This document shows, one piece after another, positions 31,419 to 39,920 of a stretch of DNA of 64,000 nucleotides. The notes beneath the pieces are model-generated. The model did no database searches. It had not been told where the DNA came from and was given only the letters and a program-made list of their open reading frames with translations. The DNA is from Candidatus Multivoradales bacterium (GTDB lineage Bacteria; Acidobacteriota; Thermoanaerobaculia; Multivoradales; JAHEKO01), in NCBI GenBank assembly GCA_965223855.1, contig CBDCXM010000009.1, positions 64,001 to 128,000 of the forward strand, given 5' to 3'. Within the stretch, counting starts at the first letter, position 1; every line of letters starts with the position of its first letter. The position numbers and the translations under genes were made by a program.

Positions 31419-31431
31419 CGCGGCGGCGCCC

Positions 31432-32586
31432 CTATCGAGCCGGCAGCTTGCGGGCGATCACCAGCCGTTGGATGTCGCTCGCTCCTTCGTAGATCCTGAG
31501 CGCTCGCACCGAGCGGTAGAGGTGATCGACCGGGCTGTCCGCGAGCACACCGCGGCCGCCGAGGATCTGTACCGCGCGATCGACGACCTTCTGGGTGGTC
31601 TCGGTGGCGGTGAGCTTGGCCATCGCCGAGCGCAGCGACACTTCGTCCCGTTCGAGGTCGCTCTCCCAGGCGGCGCGGTAGGTCAGGAGCCGCGCCGCCT
31701 CGAGCTCGGTCGCCATGTCGGCGAGCGACGCCTGGACGAGCTGGAAGTCGCCCAGTGGGCGGTCGAACTGGCGCCGCTCGGCGGCGTGACGGCGCGCTTC
31801 GGCAAGCGCTCGCGACGCCATGCCGCAGGCCGCCGCGGCCACCGTTACCCGCAACCGGTCGAGGGTCGCCATGCCGAGAGCGAAACCGCGGCCCTCTTCG
31901 CCGAGCAGGTGGTCGGCAGGAACGCGGCAGCTCGAGAACTCGATCTCCCCGAGAGGATGGGGCGCGGAGAGGACCTGGGCCCGCTTGAAGCGCAGTCCCT
32001 CGGTGTCCGCCGGGACGAGAAAGCAGCTCAAGCCGCGGGTTCCGGCTTCCGGATCCGTAGAGGCGAAGACGGCGTAGACATCGGCGATACCGGCGTTCGA
32101 GATCAGCCACTTGCCTCCGTCGAGCACCCAGCCGTCGCCGTCGCGGCGCGCCCGGGTGCGGATCGCACCGACGTCGGAACCGGCTTCGGGCTCGGTCATC
32201 GCGAAGGCGGCCATCACCGAGCCGTCGGCGATGCCCGAGAGCCAACGCTCGGCGAGGCCCTGGGACGCCCCCTCGACGAGCGGCCGACCGCCGAGCGCCT
32301 GGAGGGCGAACACGGCGTCGGCGAGTGGCGAGCTCCAGGCGAGGCCCTCGCGGATCAGGCAGGCGGCGCGCAGATCGCGCTCGGCTGCGGTGCCGACGAG
32401 GGCGTAAGCGCCCCATCCGGCGGCTCCCAACTGACCGAGCACATGGCGCGCCTCGACGCGCGCCGCCTCGTCGTTCTCGGCGGCCGGTCGCCCGTCGAGC
32501 GCCTCGGCCGCGAAGCGATCGATGCCGGCGGCGACGGCGGCATGGCCGTCGGAGAGAAACGGCTCGATCGAGCGGACGTCCGGCAT
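31432..32586 (-). CDS. Acyl-CoA dehydrogenase
   Basis: FAMTEPEAGSDV, GGKWLISNA, AVQILGGRG, RIYEGASDIQRLVIAR. Confidence 0.93.
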   Translation of the reverse strand: MPDVRSIEPFLSDGHAAVAAGIDRFAAEALDGRPAAENDEAARVEARHVLGQLGAAGWGAYALVGTAAERDLRAACLIREGLAWSSPLADAVFALQALGGRPLVEGASQGLAERWLSGIADGSVMAAFAMTEPEAGSDVGAIRTRARRDGDGWVLDGGKWLISNAGIADVYAVFASTDPEAGTRGLSCFLVPADTEGLRFKRAQVLSAPHPLGEIEFSSCRVPADHLLGEEGRGFALGMATLDRLRVTVAAAACGMASRALAEARRHAAERRQFDRPLGDFQLVQASLADMATELEAARLLTYRAAWESDLERDEVSLRSAMAKLTATETTQKVVDRAVQILGGRGVLADSPVDHLYRSVRALRIYEGASDIQRLVIARKLPAR

Positions 32587-32589
32587 GGC

Positions 32590-33393
32590 TCAGTCGGCGT
32601 CGAAGCGCGGCTCGCGCTTCTCGACGAACGCCTCGTACGCCTCGCGGAAGTTGGGGTCCTCCATACACGCCGCCTGGATCTCGACCTCGGCGGCCATCGC
32701 CGACTCGAGGTCCATCGACGCCTCGCGCAGCACCATCTTCTTGGTGATCTCGAGGCCGAACGCCGGGCCGCGGGCGAGACGCTCGGCCCACTCGCGGGCG
32801 GTCGCTCGAAGCTCACCATCGTCGACGACCCGGTTGTAGAGCCCGATCCGGTGCGCCTCGGCCGCATCGATGAAGTCGCCGGTCATCAGCAGCTCCATCG
32901 CGCGGCCCATGCCGACGATCCGCGGCAGCAGCCACGAAGCGCCCATGTCGGCGCCGGAAAGGCCGACTTTGGTGAAGAGGTAGGCGATGCGAGCTCGCTC
33001 GGAGGCGATCCGCACGTCGCACGCGGTCGCGATCACCGCACCGGCCCCGGCGACGGTACCGTTGAGGGCGCCGACGATCGGCCGCCGGCAGCGCAGCATC
33101 GCCAGGATCACGTCGCCGGTGTTGCGGGTGAACTCGAGCAACCCGCGATAGTCGCGCTCGAAGAGCGCGCCGATGATGTCCTCGACGTCGCCGCCGGAGC
33201 AGAACGCCCTCCCTTCTCCGGTGACGAGGATCGAGCGCACCCCGGGCTCGGTGTCGAGGGCCCGGAAGGTGTCGCGCAGCTCGCGGTAGACCTCGAAGGT
33301 GAGCGCGTTGTAGCGCTCCGGGCGGTCGAGGGTGAGGGTCGCCACGCCGGTGTCGGCGTCGAGTTCGTAGCGGAAGCTGTTCGGTGTCTGCAC
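32590..33393 (-). CDS. Enoyl-CoA hydratase/isomerase
   Basis: TLDRPERYNALT, GRAFCSGGD, AGAGAVIATACDVR, VGLSGADMG. Confidence 0.93.
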   Translation of the reverse strand: MQTPNSFRYELDADTGVATLTLDRPERYNALTFEVYRELRDTFRALDTEPGVRSILVTGEGRAFCSGGDVEDIIGALFERDYRGLLEFTRNTGDVILAMLRCRRPIVGALNGTVAGAGAVIATACDVRIASERARIAYLFTKVGLSGADMGASWLLPRIVGMGRAMELLMTGDFIDAAEAHRIGLYNRVVDDGELRATAREWAERLARGPAFGLEITKKMVLREASMDLESAMAAEVEIQAACMEDPNFREAYEAFVEKREPRFDAD

Positions 33394-33408
33394 GGCGGTT
33401 CCCTCGCG

Positions 33409-33846
33409 CTACTCCGCGTCCGCCGGCAGCACTGCGGTCGCCTCGATCTCGACCAGCGCACCGGGCTCCAGCAGCGCCGCCACCTCGACCAGCGACATTG
33501 CCGGATAGTGGCGGCCGAGGACGGCGCGGTACGCCTCGCCGACGGCGCCGAGCGCCGCCACGTAGGGCTCGCGGTCGACGACGTAGATCGTCAGGCGGCC
33601 GATCGACTCGGGAACCCCTCCCGCCTCGCGGACGACCGTCATCACGTTCTCGAGCGCCTGGGCGAACTGCTCGACGAAGCCGTCGCCGACGAGGTGCTGC
33701 CCGGAGTTCCAGCCGATCTGGCCGGCGACGAAGAGGATCCTCCCGCCAGAAGGGAAGAGCACTCCGTTCGAATAGCCGCGGGGCGCACCGAGCGCCTCGG
33801 GGTTGATCGGGCGGCCCTTCGACAGGCCTTTCGACAGGTCGCTCAA
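33409..33846 (-). CDS. RidA/YjgF-family protein
   Basis: PRGYSNG, FVAGQIG, YPAMSLVEVAAL...VEIEATA. Confidence 0.9.
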   Translation of the reverse strand: MSDLSKGLSKGRPINPEALGAPRGYSNGVLFPSGGRILFVAGQIGWNSGQHLVGDGFVEQFAQALENVMTVVREAGGVPESIGRLTIYVVDREPYVAALGAVGEAYRAVLGRHYPAMSLVEVAALLEPGALVEIEATAVLPADAE

Positions 33847-33883
33847 TGGACCGGTCCCCCAACGCCCTGCGGCATGCTCGCGC

Positions 33884-34672
33884 TCATGCCTGGATCGACC
33901 CGCCGTCGAGCAGCAGACACTGGCCGTTGATGCCGCCCGAGAGCTCCTCGCACAGCGTCGCCACGAGGAAGGCGACCTCTTCGGAGGTGTAGATGCGCCC
34001 CTGGGGCGACTGCTTCTCGAGCGCCTGGCGCGCCTCCTCGAGCGAGAGGCCGGTCTTGGCCGAGATCTGCTCGAGCGCTCCGTCGACGAGGGCCGTCGCG
34101 ACGTAGCCGGGACAGACGGCGTTGACCGTCACTCCGCTCGCCGCGTACTCCATCGCGATCGCGCGGGTGAAGCCGACGACGGCATGCTTGGTTGCGGCGT
34201 AGGCGGAGATGTAGGGCGCCCCGGCCTTGCCGGCCACCGAAGCGACGTTGATCACCCGGCCCCAGCCGCGCCCAGCCATCGCCGGCAGGAACGCCTGGGT
34301 GCACAGGAAGGTCCCCCGCACGTTGACGGCGAAGAGCTGCTCCCATTCCTCGAGGGCGATCTTCTCCAGGCGCGACGAGCGGGCGATCCCGGCGTTGTTG
34401 ACGAGCACGTCGATCTGCCCGAGCGCCTCGAGCGAGCGGGCATGAAGTCGGGCGACCGACTCCGGATCGGTGACGTCGGCGACGATGCCGTGAGCCTCGG
34501 CGCCGGCCGCGCGCAGCTCCTGTGCAACCGCCTCGACCTCTCCTTCGGAACGGGCGCTCACGACGACCCCCATCCCACGTTCCGCCAGCGCCTGCGCGAC
34601 AGCCGCGCCGATGCCGCGGCCGCCGCCGGTGATGACGGCGTTCTTTGCTCCTCCGTTGCCAGCCTCGGTCAT
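33884..34672 (-). CDS. Short-chain dehydrogenase/reductase
   Basis: TGGGRGIG, NNAG, YAATK, VCPGYV. Confidence 0.93.
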   Translation of the reverse strand: MTEAGNGGAKNAVITGGGRGIGAAVAQALAERGMGVVVSARSEGEVEAVAQELRAAGAEAHGIVADVTDPESVARLHARSLEALGQIDVLVNNAGIARSSRLEKIALEEWEQLFAVNVRGTFLCTQAFLPAMAGRGWGRVINVASVAGKAGAPYISAYAATKHAVVGFTRAIAMEYAASGVTVNAVCPGYVATALVDGALEQISAKTGLSLEEARQALEKQSPQGRIYTSEEVAFLVATLCEELSGGINGQCLLLDGGSIQA

Positions 34673-34738
34673 GGCGCAAAGGTAGAGGCGGCCGGAAAGG
34701 GTGTCAAGGCCGCTGTCGCCTCTCCGGCGGGCGCGACG

Positions 34739-35482
34739 TCACTCGAGCGCCTGGAGGACGGCGTCTTCGAGGATCGCACCGAGCTCGGAGACCGTGTCGC
34801 GCCCCTCGCCAGGGGTCGCCTTCGCCGGGTCGCCGAAGTAGGCATCGGGGCCACCGGCGTCCGAAAACGTCTTGTGACCGTCGCGAATCGCCTTCGACAG
34901 CGAGACGTTGTTGGCAGCCAGGGTCCGCCGGATCGCACCGCGTACCAGGTCGGGACGCTCGGAGAGCACGACCGACGTCTCGTAGCAGCCGGCGTGACAG
35001 GCGCCCGACTTGAACTCGTCGGTCAGGCGCAGCGCCCACGGCTTGAGCGTCAGGTCGGGGAAGGCGACGGTGACTCTCAGCTCCCGCAGCTGCTCGACCG
35101 CCGAGTGAATCGACCCGAGATGTGCCGGGTCAAGGTGAGCGTTGGCGATCGCCAGGCACCGCGCCTGCGGCGCGACCGCGACCCCGATGTCGCGAATCAG
35201 CGCCGCGATCGTGTCGGGCCGCACCGAGATGGTGCCGACGAACTCGCGCGCGAACGGCGCAGCCGAGTAGTCGAGCGCCGGCAGTACCAACGCGGCGTGA
35301 CCGCGCCGCTCGAGGCGCTTCGCCGCCTCGTGAGACATCGCCTTGGCGATGATGCCGTCGGTCACCAGCGGCAGATGGGGGCCATGCGCTTCGACGGCTC
35401 CCAGCGGAAGGATCGCCACCAGCCCGGCGCGCCGCCGGGTGGCGACCTCACGGTAGGTGCGTTCTCCCCACGAGCGGCCCAT
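34739..35482 (-). CDS. Creatininase-family amidohydrolase
   Basis: LPLGAVEAHGPHLPLVTD and HAGCYETS. Confidence 0.88.
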   Translation of the reverse strand: MGRSWGERTYREVATRRRAGLVAILPLGAVEAHGPHLPLVTDGIIAKAMSHEAAKRLERRGHAALVLPALDYSAAPFAREFVGTISVRPDTIAALIRDIGVAVAPQARCLAIANAHLDPAHLGSIHSAVEQLRELRVTVAFPDLTLKPWALRLTDEFKSGACHAGCYETSVVLSERPDLVRGAIRRTLAANNVSLSKAIRDGHKTFSDAGGPDAYFGDPAKATPGEGRDTVSELGAILEDAVLQALE

Positions 35483-35607
35483 CGAGCGGCGAGGCTACCA
35501 CCGCAATCTGACGCCTCCATCGCAGCTTGCGCAAACGCGTGCTACCCTCGAAATTCGGCGATCGGACCCGGTCGCCCCCTCTAGATATCCGCCAGGAGAT
35601 CCCCGCC

Positions 35608-36990
35608 ATGATGGTTCGTCTGTCGCTTTCCCGGCCGCTGGTGCCCTTCTGTCTCGCCGCGGCGCTGCTCCTTGCCGCCCTGCCCGCCGATGCCTGCCTG
35701 CTGGCGGAGCGCCTCCGGGTCGTCGCCCCGTCGCTGACGGAGGAAGAGATCGAGGCGATCGCGCACGGCAACATGGCCTACGACCCCATCCCGTACGACT
35801 TCTCGGGCGGCCCCATGCTCTGCGTCGACGGCGAAGTCGACATCTTCGACTGCAACAACATCGATCTCTACGCCTTCTTCCCGCCGAGCTCGATCGGCGG
35901 CGGCGGGGGCACCGACCTGTGGGGTTGGACCGACCCGATGACCGGCAGCGAGTACGCGATGCTCGCCCGCACCAACGGGACGGCGTTCGTCAACGTCACC
36001 GACCCGGCCAACCCGGTCTACCTCGGCAACCTGCCGTCGCACAGCGGCACCTCTTCCTGGCGCGACATCAAGGTCTACTCGAACCACGCCTACATCGTCG
36101 CCGACGGTCAGCCGCACGGCATGCAGGTGTTCGACCTCACGCAGCTGCGCACCGTCAGCTCGCCACCGGTGACCTTCAGTGCGACCAACCACTACGCCGG
36201 CTTCGGCAGCGCCCACAACATCGTGATCAACGAAGACACGGGCTTCGCCTACGCCGTCGGTTCGAGCGTGTGTTCCGGTGGTCTCGAGATGGTCGATCTC
36301 TCCGACCCGCTCAACCCGGTCGATGCCGGATGCTTCTCCGCGGACGGCTACACCCATGACGCCCAGTGCGTGATCTATGACGGTCCCGACGCCGACCACG
36401 TCGGCAGCGAGCTGTGCTTCGCCAGCAACGAGGACACCGTGACGGTCGTCGACGTGACGAACAAGTCGGCCCCGGCGCAGCTCTCACGCGAGGGCTATGC
36501 CGGCTCGGGCTACACCCATCAGGGCTGGCTGACCGAGGACCATCGCTACTTCGTCCACGACGACGAGTTCGACGAGTCGTTCGGCGGCCACAACACCCGC
36601 ACCTACGTCTGGGACATGCTCGACATCGACAACCCTGTGCTCGCCGGCTTCTGGGACGCCGCGGGGAGCGCCATCGACCACAACCAGTACATCGTCGGCA
36701 ACCGCACCTACCAGGCGAACTACCGCCGCGGCCTGCGGGTGCTCGAGATGACCGACCCGTCGACAGCCTCGTTCACCGAGATCGCCTTCTTCGACTCCTA
36801 TCCCGAGCAGGACGGCAACGGCTCCGAGGGTGCGTGGAGCGTCTACCCGTTCTTCGACAGCGGCACGCTGATCCTGAGCGATCGCTCGCGCGGTCTCTTC
36901 ATCCTCAGGATGCGCAATCTCGAGCCGGAGATCTTCGACGACGGCTTCGAGTCGGGCGACACCTCGGCCTGGACTTCCGCCGTTCCCTGA
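35608..36990 (+). CDS. Choice-of-anchor B family secreted protein with C-terminal IFDDGFESGDTSAW tail
   Basis: AGGAG RBS; DLWGWTDP, SSWRDIKVY, AHNIVINEDTGFAYAVG, YTHDAQCV, YTHQGW, GAWSVYPFF. Confidence 0.88.
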   Translation: MMVRLSLSRPLVPFCLAAALLLAALPADACLLAERLRVVAPSLTEEEIEAIAHGNMAYDPIPYDFSGGPMLCVDGEVDIFDCNNIDLYAFFPPSSIGGGGGTDLWGWTDPMTGSEYAMLARTNGTAFVNVTDPANPVYLGNLPSHSGTSSWRDIKVYSNHAYIVADGQPHGMQVFDLTQLRTVSSPPVTFSATNHYAGFGSAHNIVINEDTGFAYAVGSSVCSGGLEMVDLSDPLNPVDAGCFSADGYTHDAQCVIYDGPDADHVGSELCFASNEDTVTVVDVTNKSAPAQLSREGYAGSGYTHQGWLTEDHRYFVHDDEFDESFGGHNTRTYVWDMLDIDNPVLAGFWDAAGSAIDHNQYIVGNRTYQANYRRGLRVLEMTDPSTASFTEIAFFDSYPEQDGNGSEGAWSVYPFFDSGTLILSDRSRGLFILRMRNLEPEIFDDGFESGDTSAWTSAVP

Positions 36991-37100
36991 TTCAGCCGGG
37001 AGCCCTTCTCTTTCGGCGGTGCACCGCTCTTCAAAGACCTCGCTTCTGTGAGGTCGGGGAAAGAGGTTGCTTGCAGTCTGTCTGCAACGAGCTGCGCCCT

Positions 37101-37252
37101 GAGCGCGGGTCCCCCTCCACCCCGCGCTCGGTAGACCGCATCCTGCCTGCAGCAGGTGGAATCTCCCGAGTGAGCAGCAACCCCCTACCCGGCCCTGACG
37201 TCGCACGTCTCGTAAGCACGGCCGGGCGTGGGGCGGAGGGGGACCCGCGCCC
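37101..37252. repeat. Inverted pair of 29-nt palindromic (REP-like) hairpins
   Basis: GAGCGCGGG-TCCCCCTCCAC-CCCGCGCTC (37101-37129) and GGGCGTGGG-GCGGAGGGGGA-CCCGCGCCC (37224-37252), 94-nt spacer. Confidence 0.7.
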
Positions 37253-37406
37253 GGGGGTCTGATCGTCCTGCTACCGGAGACCGGGTACCGGTGAGAGTCA
37301 AGCCCCCGCCTGAGTCCGGTCGCCGCAACTGCGGTCGAGGACCGCTTCCCGTGTACCTCACAGTTCTCGCCTCGACACGACGACGCGAGGCTCGTACGAT
37401 GACCTC

Positions 37407-38213
37407 ATGCCGTTCAAAGAGGGCAGTTCCCAGCCGCTGACCTATTCGAGCTACCTCAAGGTCGAGGAGTTGCTGGAGTTGCAGCAGCCGCTGTCGGACG
37501 GTCCGGAGCACGACGAGATGCTCTTCATCGTCATCCATCAGGTGTACGAGCTGTGGTTCCGGCAGGTGCTCCACGAACTGGAGGAGCTCGGCCGGAGGCT
37601 CGCTGCCGGCGAGTCGGCTCTCGCGCTGGCGACGCTCAAGCGGGTGTTGACGATCTTCAAGACCCTCGTCGCCCAGGTCGACGTGCTCGAGACGATGACA
37701 CCGGTGTCGTTCAACTCGTTCCGCAGCCGGCTCGAGTCGGCGAGCGGCTTCCAGTCGGTGCAGTTCCGGGAGGTCGAGTTCCTGCTCGGCGCCAAGCAGC
37801 CGAAGGCGGTGGAGCACTACCCCGAAGGGAGCCGCGGCAGGAGGAAGCTGACGAGGCGCCTTGCGGAGCCCAGCTTGTGGGACGCGTTCCTCCGCTACCT
37901 CGCGCACAAGGGGCACGCCGTACCCGCAGAGCTGCTCGAGCGCGATGTCCGACAGCCGACCGAGCCGTCGCCCGAAGTGCAGACGGCACTGCTGGCGATC
38001 TACCGCGAGCACCCGGTGCAGAGCATGGTCTGCGAGCGCCTGATCGATCTCGACGAAGGGCTCCAGGAGTGGCGCTACCGTCACGTCAAGATGGTCGAGC
38101 GCACGATCGGCGCGAAGGTGGGTACGGGCGGCTCGGCGGGCGCCGACTACCTCCGCTCGACGCTCTTCCGGCCGATCTTCCCCGACCTGTGGGAGATCCG
38201 CTCGCAGCTATGA
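37407..38213 (+). CDS. kynA: Tryptophan 2,3-dioxygenase
   Basis: LTYSSYL, HDEMLFIVIHQVYELWF, SGFQSVQFREVEF, WRYRHVKMVERTIGAKVGTGGS. Confidence 0.95.
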   Translation: MPFKEGSSQPLTYSSYLKVEELLELQQPLSDGPEHDEMLFIVIHQVYELWFRQVLHELEELGRRLAAGESALALATLKRVLTIFKTLVAQVDVLETMTPVSFNSFRSRLESASGFQSVQFREVEFLLGAKQPKAVEHYPEGSRGRRKLTRRLAEPSLWDAFLRYLAHKGHAVPAELLERDVRQPTEPSPEVQTALLAIYREHPVQSMVCERLIDLDEGLQEWRYRHVKMVERTIGAKVGTGGSAGADYLRSTLFRPIFPDLWEIRSQL

Positions 38214-39421
38214 CGTTCTCGGTCGACGAGCTGCTGGCGGATCGCAACCCGCTGGCCGATCACTACCGCCGGTTCCGGGTCGAGGAGCGCTGTCTGCTGT
38301 CCGGCCACAGCCATCAGGCCTGGCCCGACTGCGGTCTCGAAGGGCAGCAGCAGGCGTGGCTCGACGCCGCAGAACACGTCGACGACAAGTGGGCACGCGC
38401 GTTCGAGCAGGCCGACCGGGTACGAGCCGGCTACCGACGCCTGCTCGACGACCCGGACGGCCATTACTCACTGGCCGCCAACACTCACGATCTGCTGGTG
38501 CGGCTGCTCTCGGCTCTACCGATCGCCGAGCGGCCGCGTTTCGTCACGACCGACGGTGAGTTCTACTCGATGCGCCGCCAGTTCGATCGGCTGGCCGAAG
38601 AAGGCATCGAGATCGTTCGTGTGCCGGCGCTTCCAGCCGCCACCGTGGGCGAGCGTCTCGCCGCCGAAGTGGACGAGGGCACCGCCGCGGTCTTCACCTC
38701 GACGGTGTTCTTCGGCAGCGCCCACATCGCCGGCGACCTGACACCCGTGGCCGAGGCGTGCCGGCGGCACGGCTCGATCCTCGTTCTCGACGTCTATCAC
38801 CAGCTCGCTGTCGTCCCGTTCTCGCTCGCCGAGCGCGACCTTCTCGACGCGTACGTCGTGAGCGCCGGCTACAAGTACTGCCAGCTCGGTGAAGGCAACG
38901 CGTTCCTGCGCTTCCCGCGGGACTGTGCTCTGCGGCCGGTCGTCACCGGCTGGTTCGCCGAGTTCGGCGATCTGACCGCGGCCCATGGCGACGAGGTGCG
39001 CTACAACGCGGCCGACGACCGCTTCGCCGGAGCGACCTACGATCCGACGAGTCACTACCGAGGCGCGGCGGTCTTCTCCTTCTTCGACCGCCACGGGCTC
39101 AGCGCGGAGTTCCTGCGTGCCGTCAACCGCGAACAGGTGGGCTTGCTGTGCGAAGGCTTCGACGCGCTCGCCCTCGACCCGCGCCTGATCACCCGCGATC
39201 TCGAGCTCGAGCCCGAAGGGCGAGGAGGCTTTCTCGCGCTGACTTCGCCGCTGGCCGGCGACTTCTGTGCCGGCCTCAAGCGGCGAGGGGTGTGGACCGA
39301 CTTCCGCAACGACGTGCTGCGACTCGGGCCGGCGCCCTATGTCAGCCGTTCGCAGCTCGGACACGCGATCGAGGCTCTCGGCGCGGTGGCACGGGACGTC
39401 AGTCGGTCGCAGACCGCCTGA
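38210..39421 (+). CDS. kynU: Kynureninase (PLP class V)
   Basis: ATGA overlap with kynA; LSGHSHQAWPD, LDVYH, GYKYCQLGEGN, PVVTGWF, LRLGPAPY. Confidence 0.85.
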   Translation: MTFSVDELLADRNPLADHYRRFRVEERCLLSGHSHQAWPDCGLEGQQQAWLDAAEHVDDKWARAFEQADRVRAGYRRLLDDPDGHYSLAANTHDLLVRLLSALPIAERPRFVTTDGEFYSMRRQFDRLAEEGIEIVRVPALPAATVGERLAAEVDEGTAAVFTSTVFFGSAHIAGDLTPVAEACRRHGSILVLDVYHQLAVVPFSLAERDLLDAYVVSAGYKYCQLGEGNAFLRFPRDCALRPVVTGWFAEFGDLTAAHGDEVRYNAADDRFAGATYDPTSHYRGAAVFSFFDRHGLSAEFLRAVNREQVGLLCEGFDALALDPRLITRDLELEPEGRGGFLALTSPLAGDFCAGLKRRGVWTDFRNDVLRLGPAPYVSRSQLGHAIEALGAVARDVSRSQTA

Positions 39422-39920
39422 AGCCGCGGCGCGCGAGCAGCCGTTCCAACCGGCCGCCCAGTCCCGGGCCGAGGAGCTCCTCCGCGGCGCGCGTGACTCC
39501 CGACAGGGCGCGTCGCACGCCACCGCTACCGCTCCAGTGCCGCTCGGCATGCGCCTCTAGGTCGTCGCCCAGCGCCTGGGAGAGGACGACCGCGGCCAGC
39601 ACGAGATCCTCCAGATAACCTCCGGCGCCGACGATCATCTCGGGGAAGAGATCGACCGGCAGCACGAAATAGGCGAGGGCGCCGCCCAGCAACCGCCGGG
39701 TATCGGCGGGAACCGACCGATCGAGTGTCAGACGCACCAGCAGGATGAAGACGTCGGGCACGAGCATCAGCGCCTCCGCCGCCGCTCCTCCCCACGAAGC
39801 GCGATCGGCGAGCTGGCGGGCGATGCGGTCTCTCAGCCGGTCGTAGAAGCCGAGCAGCGCTTCCCGGTCCCCCTCTTGGGGGCCGAGCTCTGTCAGGGTT
39901 GTCGAGTTCTGTCGTGTCAT
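39399..39920 (-). CDS. YkvA/DUF1232-family protein
   Basis: ALAYFVLPVDLFPE...GYLEDL motif; ATG 39920 overlaps the upstream stop. Confidence 0.8.
   Translation of the reverse strand: MTRQNSTTLTELGPQEGDREALLGFYDRLRDRIARQLADRASWGGAAAEALMLVPDVFILLVRLTLDRSVPADTRRLLGGALAYFVLPVDLFPEMIVGAGGYLEDLVLAAVVLSQALGDDLEAHAERHWSGSGGVRRALSGVTRAAEELLGPGLGGRLERLLARRGFRRSATD

Noticed and set aside
37170..37200. SRP RNA (minus strand GTCAGGGCCGG)
   Set aside because: Lacks the conserved GGAA tetraloop followed by GGAAGCAGC
37300..37340. Cobalamin riboswitch (CCGCAACTG) or tRNA-Sec
   Set aside because: No AGGGAA, GCCACTG or B12-box elements; no T-loop GTTCGA, anticodon arm or CCA end
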